A DNA stretch of 64,000 bases from an uncultured Verrucomicrobiae bacterium. GTDB lineage: Bacteria > Verrucomicrobiota > Verrucomicrobiia > Limisphaerales > UBA11358. A program made the translations under genes and the position numbers. Below the pieces are notes generated by a model. That model had not been told where the DNA came from and did no database searches. It saw only the letters and a list, made by a program, of their open reading frames with translations. Of the stretch, positions 1-8,806 are shown in pieces (position 1 is the stretch's first letter; the number at the start of each line of letters is the position of its first letter). The stretch is taken from the NCBI GenBank assembly GCA_963802965.1, contig CAWDKS010000003.1, positions 274,813 to 338,812 on the forward strand, in the 5' to 3' direction.

Positions 1-759
1 GAGCACATCGGGGTGGAATGCCGTCGCCAGCGGCACCGCAACGGAATCAAAGGCCGTCAGAAAAGCTTCGTCGTAGGTCCCGGCGGGCAGGGGGACGTTG
101 ACGTTGTAACCGCGTCCGGCGCCTTCGCCGATTTCATCTTCAAAACCGCCCCACGGGAAAAGCGTCCTGCCGCTCTCGTGCAGCGAAATGGTCATGACGT
201 CGTTGCGCCGGTAAAACGCGGTTTGCACGCCGTCGCCGTGATGCGCGTCCACGTCGAGATACAGCACCCGTTTGCCGGCGTCCGCCAGTTTCATGCAGGC
301 GAGGGCCACGTCGTTCAGGTAGCAAAATCCCGCCGCCCGGTCCGTCATCGCGTGGTGAAAACCGCCCAGCAGGTTGAAGGCGATGTCGGCCTTTTTTTCC
401 AGCAGCAAATCGGCGGCGGCGAAACCCGCGCCGCAGGCCCAGTCGCCGCATTCGAACATGTCCTTGAACACCGGCGTGTCCGCCCCGCCGAGGCTCATGC
501 CCAAACCCTCCACCGTCAGGTCGCCGCCGGCGGCCTGCTGCAATTCATGGAGGTAGGGCGCGGTGTGGAATTGGTTCAGTTCCGCCAACGTTGCCCGCCG
601 CGGCGAAACTTCAAAATGGTTTTCGTCGCCGAGCAGCCCGAACGATTTCAACCGGAGACGCGTGAGGCCGGCGCGCTGGGTTTTGAAGGGGCATTCGGGC
701 GGGTAGGTCAACGCCTCAACTTCCGGCGAATAGAGAAAGGCCAGTTTACGGTCGCTCAT
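1..759 (-). CDS. histone deacetylase / acetoin-utilisation (AcuC-like) family protein, C-terminus beyond window edge
   Basis: Absent from the ORF track because it runs off the left edge. Reverse translation from the ATG at 759-757 gives MSDRKLAFLYSPEV...GGFHHAMTDRAAGFCYLNDVALA...YLDVDAHHGDGVQ...SLHESGRTLFPWGG, which are HDAC-family zinc-site motifs. The listed + ORF 13-795 is its antisense shadow. Confidence 0.85.
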   Translation of the reverse strand, partial: MSDRKLAFLYSPEVEALTYPPECPFKTQRAGLTRLRLKSFGLLGDENHFEVSPRRATLAELNQFHTAPYLHELQQAAGGDLTVEGLGMSLGGADTPVFKDMFECGDWACGAGFAAADLLLEKKADIAFNLLGGFHHAMTDRAAGFCYLNDVALACMKLADAGKRVLYLDVDAHHGDGVQTAFYRRNDVMTISLHESGRTLFPWGGFEDEIGEGAGRGYNVNVPLPAGTYDEAFLTAFDSVAVPLATAFHPDVL

Positions 760-1297
760 GGTCACAACTTCGCCCAAGGGCGGATGGGATGGTGATGCGG
801 CCGGGCGCGCGGGGCGCGAAAAACAAATTCCCGGCAGGGCGCCGGAAAGGCCGCTTTGGTTTGTCCGTCTCAATATGTTTGCGTCTTGAGATCATCGCCA
901 TCCTGTCCGGTTTCGTTTCCGGCGACCAGTTGTGATGCCATTCCGCCCGGCGTTGAGCTTGCTTCCGCCGACAAACCTGATGCTGCGCCTGGAGGCGGAT
1001 TGGACCCGCCTGGCCTTGGTTTCAGAGCAGTGCCCCAACGCTGTCCGTTGGTCCGCTTTAGCTGTTACAAGGTTGACCTGGCGCAACTGCCAAGCCTGTA
1101 AAAACAAGCTAATGATTGGGAAGCGAAGTGGCTTAACCGTTTTTGTCAATTGCTTGATTTTTTTTGGGCGGGCGTTTTAACGCGGAACCCGAACGAAAAA
1201 GCTTTGAAAATATCCGCCCTTGCCGGCATTCGTGAAATTTGTTGCAATCCGGCGATGTTGGATTGAAATTCTCCCTGTTCGAGACAGGATTGAAAGC

Positions 1298-1483
1298 ATG
1301 AGCGCCAAGCAAATTCTCCTGGAAGTGGCCGAAAAACTGCCGCCCGACGCCACCATCAGTGACGCCATTTACGAATTGGAGTTTCGCCAGGCCGTCCAGC
1401 AGGGCTTGGATGAATTGGACCGTGGCGAAGGCGCGCCGATCGAGGAAGTCAAAGCCAAGATCGCCCAATGGGCTGGAAAATAA
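1298..1483 (+). CDS. putative antitoxin (ParD/addiction-module-component-like)
   Basis: Internal ATG of ORF 1220-1483 gives MSAKQILLEVAEKLPPDATISDAIYELEFRQAVQQGLDELDRGEG. It is small and acidic, and its stop overlaps the start of a ParE-like ORF. Confidence 0.5.
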   Translation: MSAKQILLEVAEKLPPDATISDAIYELEFRQAVQQGLDELDRGEGAPIEEVKAKIAQWAGK

Positions 1484-1557
1484 TCATCGCCCCCTCGGCA
1501 CAGTCTGACTTGGCCGATATTGTCCGCTATGTGGCCTACGCCGATTTCTTTGTGTAA
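1468..1557 (+). pseudogene. ParE/RelE-like toxin, N-terminal remnant (29 codons)
   Basis: The ATG at 1468 overlaps the antitoxin 3' end. MGWKIIIAPSAQSDLADIVRYVA resembles ParE N-termini. The frame then diverges and stops at 1555-1557, exactly at the junction with the convergent MBL gene end (1536). Confidence 0.45.
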
Positions 1558-2696
1558 AGTTTCGACAACGGTTTCGCATCACCGAATGTTGTAACGTTCC
1601 AACTGCCGGATTCAGGGCTAATTTTTCTGCGTGCCCGCACATGGCCAAAGGAATCGTTCACTTTTTTAATGTAGCGGACAGTTTCGTGGATGGTGCGATT
1701 TACGGTTCCAGTTTTTGCGCGGCTGGAACGGTCATCAAACCCTGCCGTAATGAATGAGTTTCTGGACCTTCCCATGATTCGTTTCGCATCACTTTCCTTT
1801 GGTAACTTGACGCGACCTGAATTGAACGGTGTTAGCAAGGCCACTGGTTCTCTGATTAGCATGTCCGTCCAAACCGGATCGTATTCGCCGGTTTTGGAAC
1901 CATGATGAGGAATTTTGAACAACGAAGCTTTCCCGTCGGGGCGCTCCGAAGATTCGACTATCAATTTCCACCCGCCGGACGGATTGTCTTTTTCTTCCAT
2001 GTCAGCACCAAGCAGCAGTCGGACACCACCCACCCGCAACCACAGCACAACTGAAAATTGATTTGGGCGCGGCGGAATCGGCTTCGTGAGAAGCTCTCCC
2101 GTTGGAAAAAGTGAAGCGATCATTTCCAGTGATTTTTTTATGGCAGCGTCAGACGGAGATAAAGAATGGAGTTCCGCAGAAGTGCCGTTACTGGTCTCTT
2201 CCTCGGAACGCCGCCTCCAGAGACATTGGTTGGGGGCGGCAAAACCCAACGGAAAGTCACCTTTGCCGCCTTTCAATGCTTCTGCCGACCTGGCCAGCAT
2301 CTCAATAACCCGACTCAATTCATCAACTGGTGATGACGGAAGCCCATTTTTTTTCCATAGGTCTGTCAGGGCAACAAATTCTTTTGACCACAAAGCCTGC
2401 GAACAAATGAACTTGGCGGACGAACATTCAGAAACCGTTTGTGCTAGACCGCGCACATGATCCTTGTGCCAGTGGGTTGCGACAACCCGCTTCACAGACT
2501 TGGAAACATCCACACCGATTCGCTTTAGATAATCCAAACCCGCCGGCGTTTGACCATCCGGGCCAAGGCAAGAATCTACGATGATCCAATCGCCCTCGCC
2601 TACATGGGCAACAATACATTCCCCGAATCCCGGTCCAAAAAGGGAAATCTCCAGTTCGTCGGATTCAGGCTGGGTGGTTGGCTCGCTCAAGATCAA
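1536..2696 (-). CDS. stand-alone MBL-fold metallo-hydrolase, ComEC/Rec2-type beta-lactamase-like domain with C-terminal extension
   Basis: 386-aa ORF with motifs VATHWHKDHVRG (HxHxDH), LLLGADME and FKIPHHGSKTG. No transmembrane part. AT-richer than the flanks. Confidence 0.8.
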   Translation of the reverse strand: MILSEPTTQPESDELEISLFGPGFGECIVAHVGEGDWIIVDSCLGPDGQTPAGLDYLKRIGVDVSKSVKRVVATHWHKDHVRGLAQTVSECSSAKFICSQALWSKEFVALTDLWKKNGLPSSPVDELSRVIEMLARSAEALKGGKGDFPLGFAAPNQCLWRRRSEEETSNGTSAELHSLSPSDAAIKKSLEMIASLFPTGELLTKPIPPRPNQFSVVLWLRVGGVRLLLGADMEEKDNPSGGWKLIVESSERPDGKASLFKIPHHGSKTGEYDPVWTDMLIREPVALLTPFNSGRVKLPKESDAKRIMGRSRNSFITAGFDDRSSRAKTGTVNRTIHETVRYIKKVNDSFGHVRARRKISPESGSWNVTTFGDAKPLSKLYTKKSA

Positions 2697-3312
2697 GGAA
2701 GGAAAGGAATGTTTCCGCCGCTTTCTTGGCTCGCTCCACCTCGGCAGGCGACCACGAGGGCAATCTTTGAAAACGAATCATTGAGGAACGAGAGACTTGT
2801 CCATAATCTTCCCGCCGGTAGCCGATCACCCAATAAAACACCGCGCCGGGTTTCACCAGTTCGCGGTCTCCGGGCATGATTTCAGCCAAGGGAATCTCGG
2901 CTTCCTCCTCCGGGTTGGCGTTGGTTTTGTCAATCAACCGCGCAAGGAACGAATCACCTTGCACCGACTGGACGGTGCCCTCGAATCTCTGGAGAACGTC
3001 AAAACCCTCACGACTCGGCGGTATGACCGGCACCCATACGACGGCCGGCTTGTCTTCCGGTTCCGCACGTAGCCGTTTACTGTCCATTGTATAGCTATAG
3101 TATGGAAACCCGTTGCCTTCCGGCGCTTTGAAAACCCGTGAACCCGCTGGATTGGACAAAAACCCCCGGCATTCCAACCGCGAACCGGTGAGATTGGCAG
3201 CCTCTTCTTCGGAGGACAACCGCGCCTTTTCCCTAACGAGCCGCCGACCAGACGACAAATCCGCCGTCTCAAGGTGCGACGGTTCCAAAACAGCTTCGTC
3301 AGTCAGTTTCAT
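2665..3312 (-). CDS. hypothetical protein (no recognisable family)
   Basis: 215-aa ORF. Its ATG overlaps the upstream stop as ATGA (3309-3312) and its 3' end overlaps the MBL gene start by 32 nt. An alternative start is the ATG at 3087. Confidence 0.5.
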   Translation of the reverse strand: MKLTDEAVLEPSHLETADLSSGRRLVREKARLSSEEEAANLTGSRLECRGFLSNPAGSRVFKAPEGNGFPYYSYTMDSKRLRAEPEDKPAVVWVPVIPPSREGFDVLQRFEGTVQSVQGDSFLARLIDKTNANPEEEAEIPLAEIMPGDRELVKPGAVFYWVIGYRREDYGQVSRSSMIRFQRLPSWSPAEVERAKKAAETFLSFLDLERANHPA

Positions 3313-3965
3313 AATTTCATCAAAGTTTGCATGATGTGGAGCGAACGTGCAAGGGAGGTTTGCCAGGACGCAGCCAAAATTTCCATCATGCGGTCACACT
3401 GATTGCCTTTCTCCTCGGCGTCGTTATCAAAATGGTCATTCACTTCAATATAAGCGCCAAACGGCTTTGCTGTCAACGAAGGCTCGACCGCAACGGAAAT
3501 TCTTCCTTTGTAATCATCGGGGCGTATGCCCTGCATTTGGATCCGCCTCATGCCCGGTTTTTCCAGCAGACCGGCCCACGGTTCTTTGGGAGCCAGGCGA
3601 TGCCCAAGCTGGTGCCATGCTTCTTCGCTCGGACTCCGAAAATGCGCGATGCGGTTGATGCCCATTTGCTTGACGGGCGTATGGCGCAGCAAACCAAAAG
3701 CGCCCAGCACCAGATCACGGAGCGGTTCAAGATTCTGAACCTGCGTCGTGCGAGCCGCGAAGCGATCCAGCGTTACCTCCACTGCCAGCCAGCCGATGGA
3801 AAACACACTGACATCATGCGAGACAATTTTGACGTCCGCCCGGTCGGCTTCCTCCTGCTGAATTAATTTTTCGCGCGCAAACCAAACGGGATGAAAGATG
3901 GCCGGATTAAACGAGCCAACCAACACGACGCTCACTTCTTCAAGCTCTGGTTTCAGGTCGGACAC
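3309..3965 (-). CDS. hypothetical protein (no recognisable family)
   Basis: 218-aa ORF and first gene of the three-gene minus-strand cassette. No signal peptide or TM segment is evident. Confidence 0.65.
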   Translation of the reverse strand: MSDLKPELEEVSVVLVGSFNPAIFHPVWFAREKLIQQEEADRADVKIVSHDVSVFSIGWLAVEVTLDRFAARTTQVQNLEPLRDLVLGAFGLLRHTPVKQMGINRIAHFRSPSEEAWHQLGHRLAPKEPWAGLLEKPGMRRIQMQGIRPDDYKGRISVAVEPSLTAKPFGAYIEVNDHFDNDAEEKGNQCDRMMEILAASWQTSLARSLHIMQTLMKL

Positions 3966-4150
3966 AGGATTAAAGCTTGCACATTAAGCAGCAATCCTAC
4001 CAGCTAAATCAAGCACGGTTTTCAACTCATGGTTTTGGCGCGTTAATTCGATTGGACAATGACAGCCAACGGCGACCGGAAATCCACCGGCAGCGGCTTT
4101 GGTTGCAGGTTGCGTTTTGATTTTTTAACCCGAGGCAGCCCCTCGATGAA

Positions 4151-5062
4151 TCAGTTCCGCGCTTCCGGATTTTTTCGCCGCGCGGCGAGGCCCAGGGGTT
4201 CGATGTGTACGAGCACGTCGCTGACGGCGGGTTTGGCGCCGCGGATTTTGTCCTTCACCGCGTGGGCGATTTCATGCGAGCGGAGCACGGTCATTTGCGG
4301 GTCCACTTCCACGTGCATGTCCACGAAATACTGATAACCCACCTTGCGAACGATGCATTTTTCCACCCTGCCCACGCCGGGCGTGTCCCGGGCGAGCTGG
4401 CGGATTTGGTCAATGATTTCACGGCTGGGCGCGGCGTCCATGAGTTCGTTGAGCGCCGGACGAAGCAAATGCCAGCCGTTCCACGCGATGACCCCCGCCG
4501 CCGCAATCGCCGCCACGTCGTCGGCGGCCTCAAAACCCCTGCCGCCGATGAGCGACACGCTGATGCCGATGCCGGCGGCCACGGACGTGATGGCGTCGCT
4601 GCGATGATGCCAGGCGTCCGTGCGCACGGCGGAACTGTCCACCGCCCTGCCTTCGCGCGAAACAAACCGGAACAAAATTTCCTTCACCGCCACCACCGCG
4701 ACCAGCACGATGAGCGTGAACGGCGCCGGCGCTTGGTGCGGTTCCCTGATTTCGCCGAACGCCTTGAGCGCGATCCAGAGCGCCGCCCCCAACAACATCG
4801 CGGCCACGATGGCGGAGGCAATCGGCTCGGCCTTGCCGTGGCCGTAGGGATGGTCTTCATCCGCCGGTTCCGCTGCGACGATGACTCCGCGCCAGACGAT
4901 GAGCGAGCTGAACACGTCGGCAAAGGACTCGACGGCGTCGGCGACGAGCGCGTGCGAATGGCCGGCGATGCCCGCGGCGAGTTTTGTGCCCGACAATACG
5001 ACGTTCGTCGCCATGCCGAGGAAGGTGGCGCGCAGGCTGCGTTGGAGACGGGTCAAGGGCAC
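4151..5062 (-). CDS. cation diffusion facilitator family transporter
   Basis: 303 aa with HSHALVADAVESFADV, DHPYGHGKAEP and WHHRSDA. It has six hydrophobic segments plus a C-terminal cytoplasmic domain. Confidence 0.9.
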   Translation of the reverse strand: MPLTRLQRSLRATFLGMATNVVLSGTKLAAGIAGHSHALVADAVESFADVFSSLIVWRGVIVAAEPADEDHPYGHGKAEPIASAIVAAMLLGAALWIALKAFGEIREPHQAPAPFTLIVLVAVVAVKEILFRFVSREGRAVDSSAVRTDAWHHRSDAITSVAAGIGISVSLIGGRGFEAADDVAAIAAAGVIAWNGWHLLRPALNELMDAAPSREIIDQIRQLARDTPGVGRVEKCIVRKVGYQYFVDMHVEVDPQMTVLRSHEIAHAVKDKIRGAKPAVSDVLVHIEPLGLAARRKNPEARN

Positions 5063-5152
5063 GGGCGGAAGTTAAACCCCCGCGCCGCCGAAAGTGGAGC
5101 GCAAAAGCGTTTTGAAAATCGGCTGGAGACGGAGCATGATGGGTTGGTTCGC

Positions 5153-6235
5153 ATGAATCGCAGCCGTCCATCCTTCCTTTCGGTCCGCGCCGCCGTGTTG
5201 CGCCCGCCGGGCGGTCCGCTGAAAATCGAGCGCCTGCAAATGGAGGGGCCGCGCGCCGACGAGGTGCTGGTGCGCCTGATCGCCAGCGGCATCTGCCACA
5301 CCGACATTGGTTTTTGTGAAGGCGGCGCGCGCGGCCCGGTGGTGCTGGGCCATGAAGGGGCGGGCGTGGTGGAACGGGCCGGCGAAAAAGTCAGAGGCGT
5401 GAAACCGGGCGACCACGTCGTGCTTTCCTACCAATCCTGCGGCCATTGCCCGGCATGCCGGCGCGGCCATCCGGCCGGCTGCGAACATTTCTGGAAGGCG
5501 AACTTCGGCTTCGCCCGGCTGGACGGCAGCAACGCGTTTCAAGGCGGTGTGCGCGGGCATTTCTTCGGCCAATCCTCGTTTGCGACCCACACGCTGGCGA
5601 CCGAACGGAATCTGGTGAAAGTTTCAAAATCGCTTCCGCTGGAATTGCTGGCGCCGCTGGGATGCGGACTGCAAACCGGTGCGGGCACGGTGTTGAACTC
5701 GCTGGCGGTCAAAGCCGGCTCGAGCCTCGCTGTTTTCGGCACGGGCGCGGTCGGGCTGGCGGCGGTGATGGCCGCGCGACTCGCGCGGGCGCGGACAATC
5801 ATCGCCGTGGACATCAATCCGCGCCGTCTCAAACTCGCCCTGGAGCTGGGCGCAACGCACAGCATTGACAATCGCAACGCCGATCTCGCCCGGAGCATCG
5901 CTGCCATCACCGGCGGCGGCGCCGACTACATCGTCGAAACCAGCGGCGCGTTGTGTTCGGAGGCCGCTGACTTGCTCAACCCGCGCGGCACGGCGGCGTT
6001 GTTGACCGGCGTGAGTGGTCCCGACTGGCTGCCGGGCGGACGCCGGGTTCTCAGTGTCATCGAAGGCGACGCGGTGCCGCAATTATTCATCCCGAAACTG
6101 ATCAAGCTGCATCAGGACGGGTGTTTTCCCTTTGACCGTCTGGTGAAATTTTATCGGTTCGCCGAAATCAACCGCGCCATCGCCGATGCCAGACGCGGCG
6201 ACACCATCAAGCCCGTGCTGCGGATGGGAAAGTGA
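5153..6235 (+). CDS. zinc-dependent NAD(P) alcohol dehydrogenase (aryl-alcohol dehydrogenase-like)
   Basis: C-terminal 360 codons of ORF 4205-6235, starting at MNRSRPS. Motifs are GICHTD, GHEGAGVVE, CGHCPACRRG and VFGTGAVGLAAV. The upstream part of the ORF is antisense to the CDF gene. Confidence 0.9.
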   Translation: MNRSRPSFLSVRAAVLRPPGGPLKIERLQMEGPRADEVLVRLIASGICHTDIGFCEGGARGPVVLGHEGAGVVERAGEKVRGVKPGDHVVLSYQSCGHCPACRRGHPAGCEHFWKANFGFARLDGSNAFQGGVRGHFFGQSSFATHTLATERNLVKVSKSLPLELLAPLGCGLQTGAGTVLNSLAVKAGSSLAVFGTGAVGLAAVMAARLARARTIIAVDINPRRLKLALELGATHSIDNRNADLARSIAAITGGGADYIVETSGALCSEAADLLNPRGTAALLTGVSGPDWLPGGRRVLSVIEGDAVPQLFIPKLIKLHQDGCFPFDRLVKFYRFAEINRAIADARRGDTIKPVLRMGK

Positions 6236-6300
6236 AATGTGATGCGTGACACGTGAAGAAATGGTTTCTTCCGCTCACGTTTCACGTCTCACGTCTCACG
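6236..6300. repeat. simple-sequence hairpin (arms built from CACGTGA/TCACGTC-like units)
   Basis: gtgatgcgtgacacgtgaag ... ctcacgtttcacgtctcacgtctcacgc are roughly complementary arms directly after the ADH stop. Confidence 0.5.
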
Positions 6301-6304
6301 CAAT

Positions 6305-6340
6305 CAGGTGGCAGAACATTCCGTCGCGGAGCTTGGGCTC
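6305..6340. repeat. 36-bp direct repeat, orphan copy of the DUF1015 gene 3' end
   Basis: caggtggcagaacattccgtcgcggagcttgggctc is identical (36/36) to 8813-8848. The reverse translation is EPKLRDGMFCHL. Confidence 0.9.
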
Positions 6341-6433
6341 ACGGGTCGAGCAATGAGCGGATGGGTGCTTGCGGGTTATCCTTCCGTTCGCGGAGAATTT
6401 TCTCCAGCCGTTGCCGCAAACCCGCGCTTTGAT

Positions 6434-8674
6434 TCAGTAAAACAGGTTGGCCCCGAAATCTGGAGTCTTCCCATCCATGACTTCGGCAATCCACTTGTCC
6501 AATTTGCCGCGGTCCATTTTCCAAAACTTGCGACAGTGCATGAAATACTCCACCACCGTATCGCGCTCGCCTTTTTCCAGAAGGTCTTTGGCCAGAGTCA
6601 TGTTGGGGCCGAAACTGTCCATCGTTGGCGAGCCGGGACTTTTGCCGGCGGCAATCAGATACTTTTTTGCCGCTTCGATGTTGCCTTCGCGCGCGGCAAT
6701 CCGGCCAAAAACCAAGTTGGCGTCCTGAATGGCATTTCCATAGTTCCAGTCACCTTTGTATTTCGGCAGCAGCGTCGTCAGCTCTTGGGCGTAATTTCGC
6801 GCATCATCAATTTTGTCGGCCACAAAACTCTCCTTGGCGGCGGCGTCAAGCGCATAAAATCGTTTCTCTTCCGTTTTGGCCGTTTTCAAATCATTCATCG
6901 CCCGCTTGTAGTTTTGCCGGGATATGTCTTGTAGAGAAAGGGACGGAAAGGAACCCGTGTAATGTTTTATCAGAACAAACGACAACGGGACGAACAACAG
7001 ACACCCAATCATGATTCCCCGTTGCACACGGGTGGAAAACGTCCGCACCCGTGGCTTGATGAAAAAATCCGCTTCCGGCACCTGGCCAACCGCGCGTTCC
7101 GCCGCCGCCAAATCCCCGTTGTTAAATTTGACCCACGCGGACTCAATCGCCCACGAAACAACATTTTCCAACTCGCTGTCGGACGGAAGTTTTTCACCCT
7201 GCAACCGCCGGAGAGTTTTCCGGTCTGTTTGACCCAATCTGGCCGCCACTTTGCCATCCGGTTGCAATAACAGGCGGGAATTCTGCGACCAGCTTGGAAA
7301 ATTTCGCAGCATACTCCAAACTGACGCTTTTGCCGGCGGCAGCCTTAATTCGAGTCCGTCTTCAGCCCAACGATGATTGCTGGCCAGCCAGCGTGTGCCG
7401 AGGAAGCGGGCAAAAGCGAGCAGCTCTTCTTCGGTGCAATTGTGCTTCTCTTGAAAGTCCGCATCATCGGCTTTCAACAAGCCTTCGGCTCCGCGCACAA
7501 ATAAATTGTAATCCATCCGCATGGGCTGTTGGGTTTGATACCGCACCATTACGAATGATTGAAGCAGGATCAGTATCATACACCAGCCCAGCGGCATCCA
7601 ACCCAATCCGACCAACAAAAACGACAAAAACAAAACGCTGTTGCAAAGCATGGCAGCAATGGAATAATGGCTTCGATTGATTGACACCCGTTTGATTTGG
7701 AAGGGCAACATGACCAGGCCAATGCCAGCAATTATGAGATAAAATGTTTTCCAGTTGCTTGGATTGAGCCGCGGTATCAGAAACCACATTCCCACCATTA
7801 TCAGTGCGAACCACAGAACCCCCCACCGCGTATTTTCACGGAACAAGCGGGCGCGAAACCCTTTTTGATCCCGGAAATTTGCCAGCTCCAGCCGCATGAG
7901 CAGCCAATGAACCAGCACAAAAGGCAGGAAAAACAGCAGCGCGAAAGATGAAATAACCCATTTCACCGGCGCAAGTTTAGCGAGGGTTCCCAAAATCGTC
8001 GCGCCAATGCCGCCCGCCGTCGCAGCTTTCGCGGTCGAAGATGCCAGCACGCCGGCCATGATGGCGGGAACCAGCGTTTTGGCCGGCCCCAATTTCGCCA
8101 GCGAGCCTTCTAGTTTTTCCTCGAGCCGTGCGCGCATCGCGGCGCGGGCGCGGTGCAGGCGCACGCGCAAGGCGGTTTCGGAAATTCCCAGCGCCGCCGC
8201 CGCTTCCGCGCCACTCCTGCCTTCGAGATAAAACAGCACCAGACATTCGCGGTGCGAATCCGGCAGTTCCGCGAGCGTCTGCCGCAAGGTTTCCGGCGTG
8301 TAAAGCGGGTCGGTTTCGTCGCCGGAATTTTCTTCGGTGGAGTTGTCCGGATTTTCCAGCGCCCAACGTTTGCGTTTGTTGAGTTCACGGCGATGGCGCA
8401 GGCCGAGATTGATGGCAACGTGGCGCGCGATGGTGTTGACCCAAGCGGCGAATTTCGCGCCGTCGCCGAGCAGCCACAGCCGCCGATACGCGCGGATGAA
8501 CGCCTCCTGCGTGACCTCTTCCGCAAGCGCGGCATCGCCGAGCCGGCTCCATGCAACGGCATATACACGCCGCTCATGACGCTCGACGAGTTCACGGTAG
8601 CGCTCGGCATCGCCGCGCCGCACGGCGGCCACGGCGGATTCGTCCTGTTGCGCGCTGGTCATTTCGGTTTGCAT
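6434..8674 (-). CDS. ECF-type sigma-70 factor fused to a polytopic membrane region and a large C-terminal domain
   Basis: 746 aa. Residues 1-190 carry sigma region 2 and 4 (RYRELVERHERRVYAVAW..., ECLVLFYLEGRSGAEAAAALGISETALRVRLHRAR). Several hydrophobic helices follow (aa ~200-400 and ~570), then a helical-repeat-like tail. Confidence 0.8.
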   Translation of the reverse strand: MQTEMTSAQQDESAVAAVRRGDAERYRELVERHERRVYAVAWSRLGDAALAEEVTQEAFIRAYRRLWLLGDGAKFAAWVNTIARHVAINLGLRHRRELNKRKRWALENPDNSTEENSGDETDPLYTPETLRQTLAELPDSHRECLVLFYLEGRSGAEAAAALGISETALRVRLHRARAAMRARLEEKLEGSLAKLGPAKTLVPAIMAGVLASSTAKAATAGGIGATILGTLAKLAPVKWVISSFALLFFLPFVLVHWLLMRLELANFRDQKGFRARLFRENTRWGVLWFALIMVGMWFLIPRLNPSNWKTFYLIIAGIGLVMLPFQIKRVSINRSHYSIAAMLCNSVLFLSFLLVGLGWMPLGWCMILILLQSFVMVRYQTQQPMRMDYNLFVRGAEGLLKADDADFQEKHNCTEEELLAFARFLGTRWLASNHRWAEDGLELRLPPAKASVWSMLRNFPSWSQNSRLLLQPDGKVAARLGQTDRKTLRRLQGEKLPSDSELENVVSWAIESAWVKFNNGDLAAAERAVGQVPEADFFIKPRVRTFSTRVQRGIMIGCLLFVPLSFVLIKHYTGSFPSLSLQDISRQNYKRAMNDLKTAKTEEKRFYALDAAAKESFVADKIDDARNYAQELTTLLPKYKGDWNYGNAIQDANLVFGRIAAREGNIEAAKKYLIAAGKSPGSPTMDSFGPNMTLAKDLLEKGERDTVVEYFMHCRKFWKMDRGKLDKWIAEVMDGKTPDFGANLFY

Positions 8675-8714
8675 AATCTAACCGAAAGACAGCGGCGAAG
8701 GGAAATTGTTACAA

Positions 8715-8806
8715 CGACCGGACATTTACGATTTGCGATATACGATTTACAAGGCTGCTCCAATTTCGAGACTGGCGCGTAAATCGTAAATCGTCATTCG
8801 TAAATG
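8715..8806. repeat. simple-sequence hairpin (ATTTACG/CGTAAAT units)
   Basis: catttacgatttgcgatatacgatttac ... gtaaatcgtaaatcgtcattcgtaaatg. Same architecture and unit as 11015-11095. Confidence 0.55.

Noticed and set aside
13-795. 260-aa + strand ORF covering the window start
   Set aside because: It is the antisense shadow of the HDAC-family gene, whose minus-strand translation carries clear conserved motifs. The + translation is Arg/Gly/Val-rich nonsense typical of GC-rich shadow frames.
3309-3965. Assignment of the 218-aa protein to a named family of sporadically distributed proteins (TIGR04255-like)
   Set aside because: On rereading, the N-terminus does not match what I recall of that family, so the protein is left as hypothetical rather than given an unverified label.
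3966-4150. Missing C-terminal half of the ParE-like toxin on the far side of the inserted cassette
   Set aside because: I translated all three + frames of this interval and none resembles a ParE/RelE C-terminus. The right-hand junction of the insertion therefore cannot be defined from the sequence alone.
4205-5152. N-terminal 316 codons of the 676-aa ORF 4205-6235
   Set aside because: This part is antisense to the CDF transporter gene and has no protein-like features. Only the part from the ATG at 5153 matches zinc alcohol dehydrogenases.
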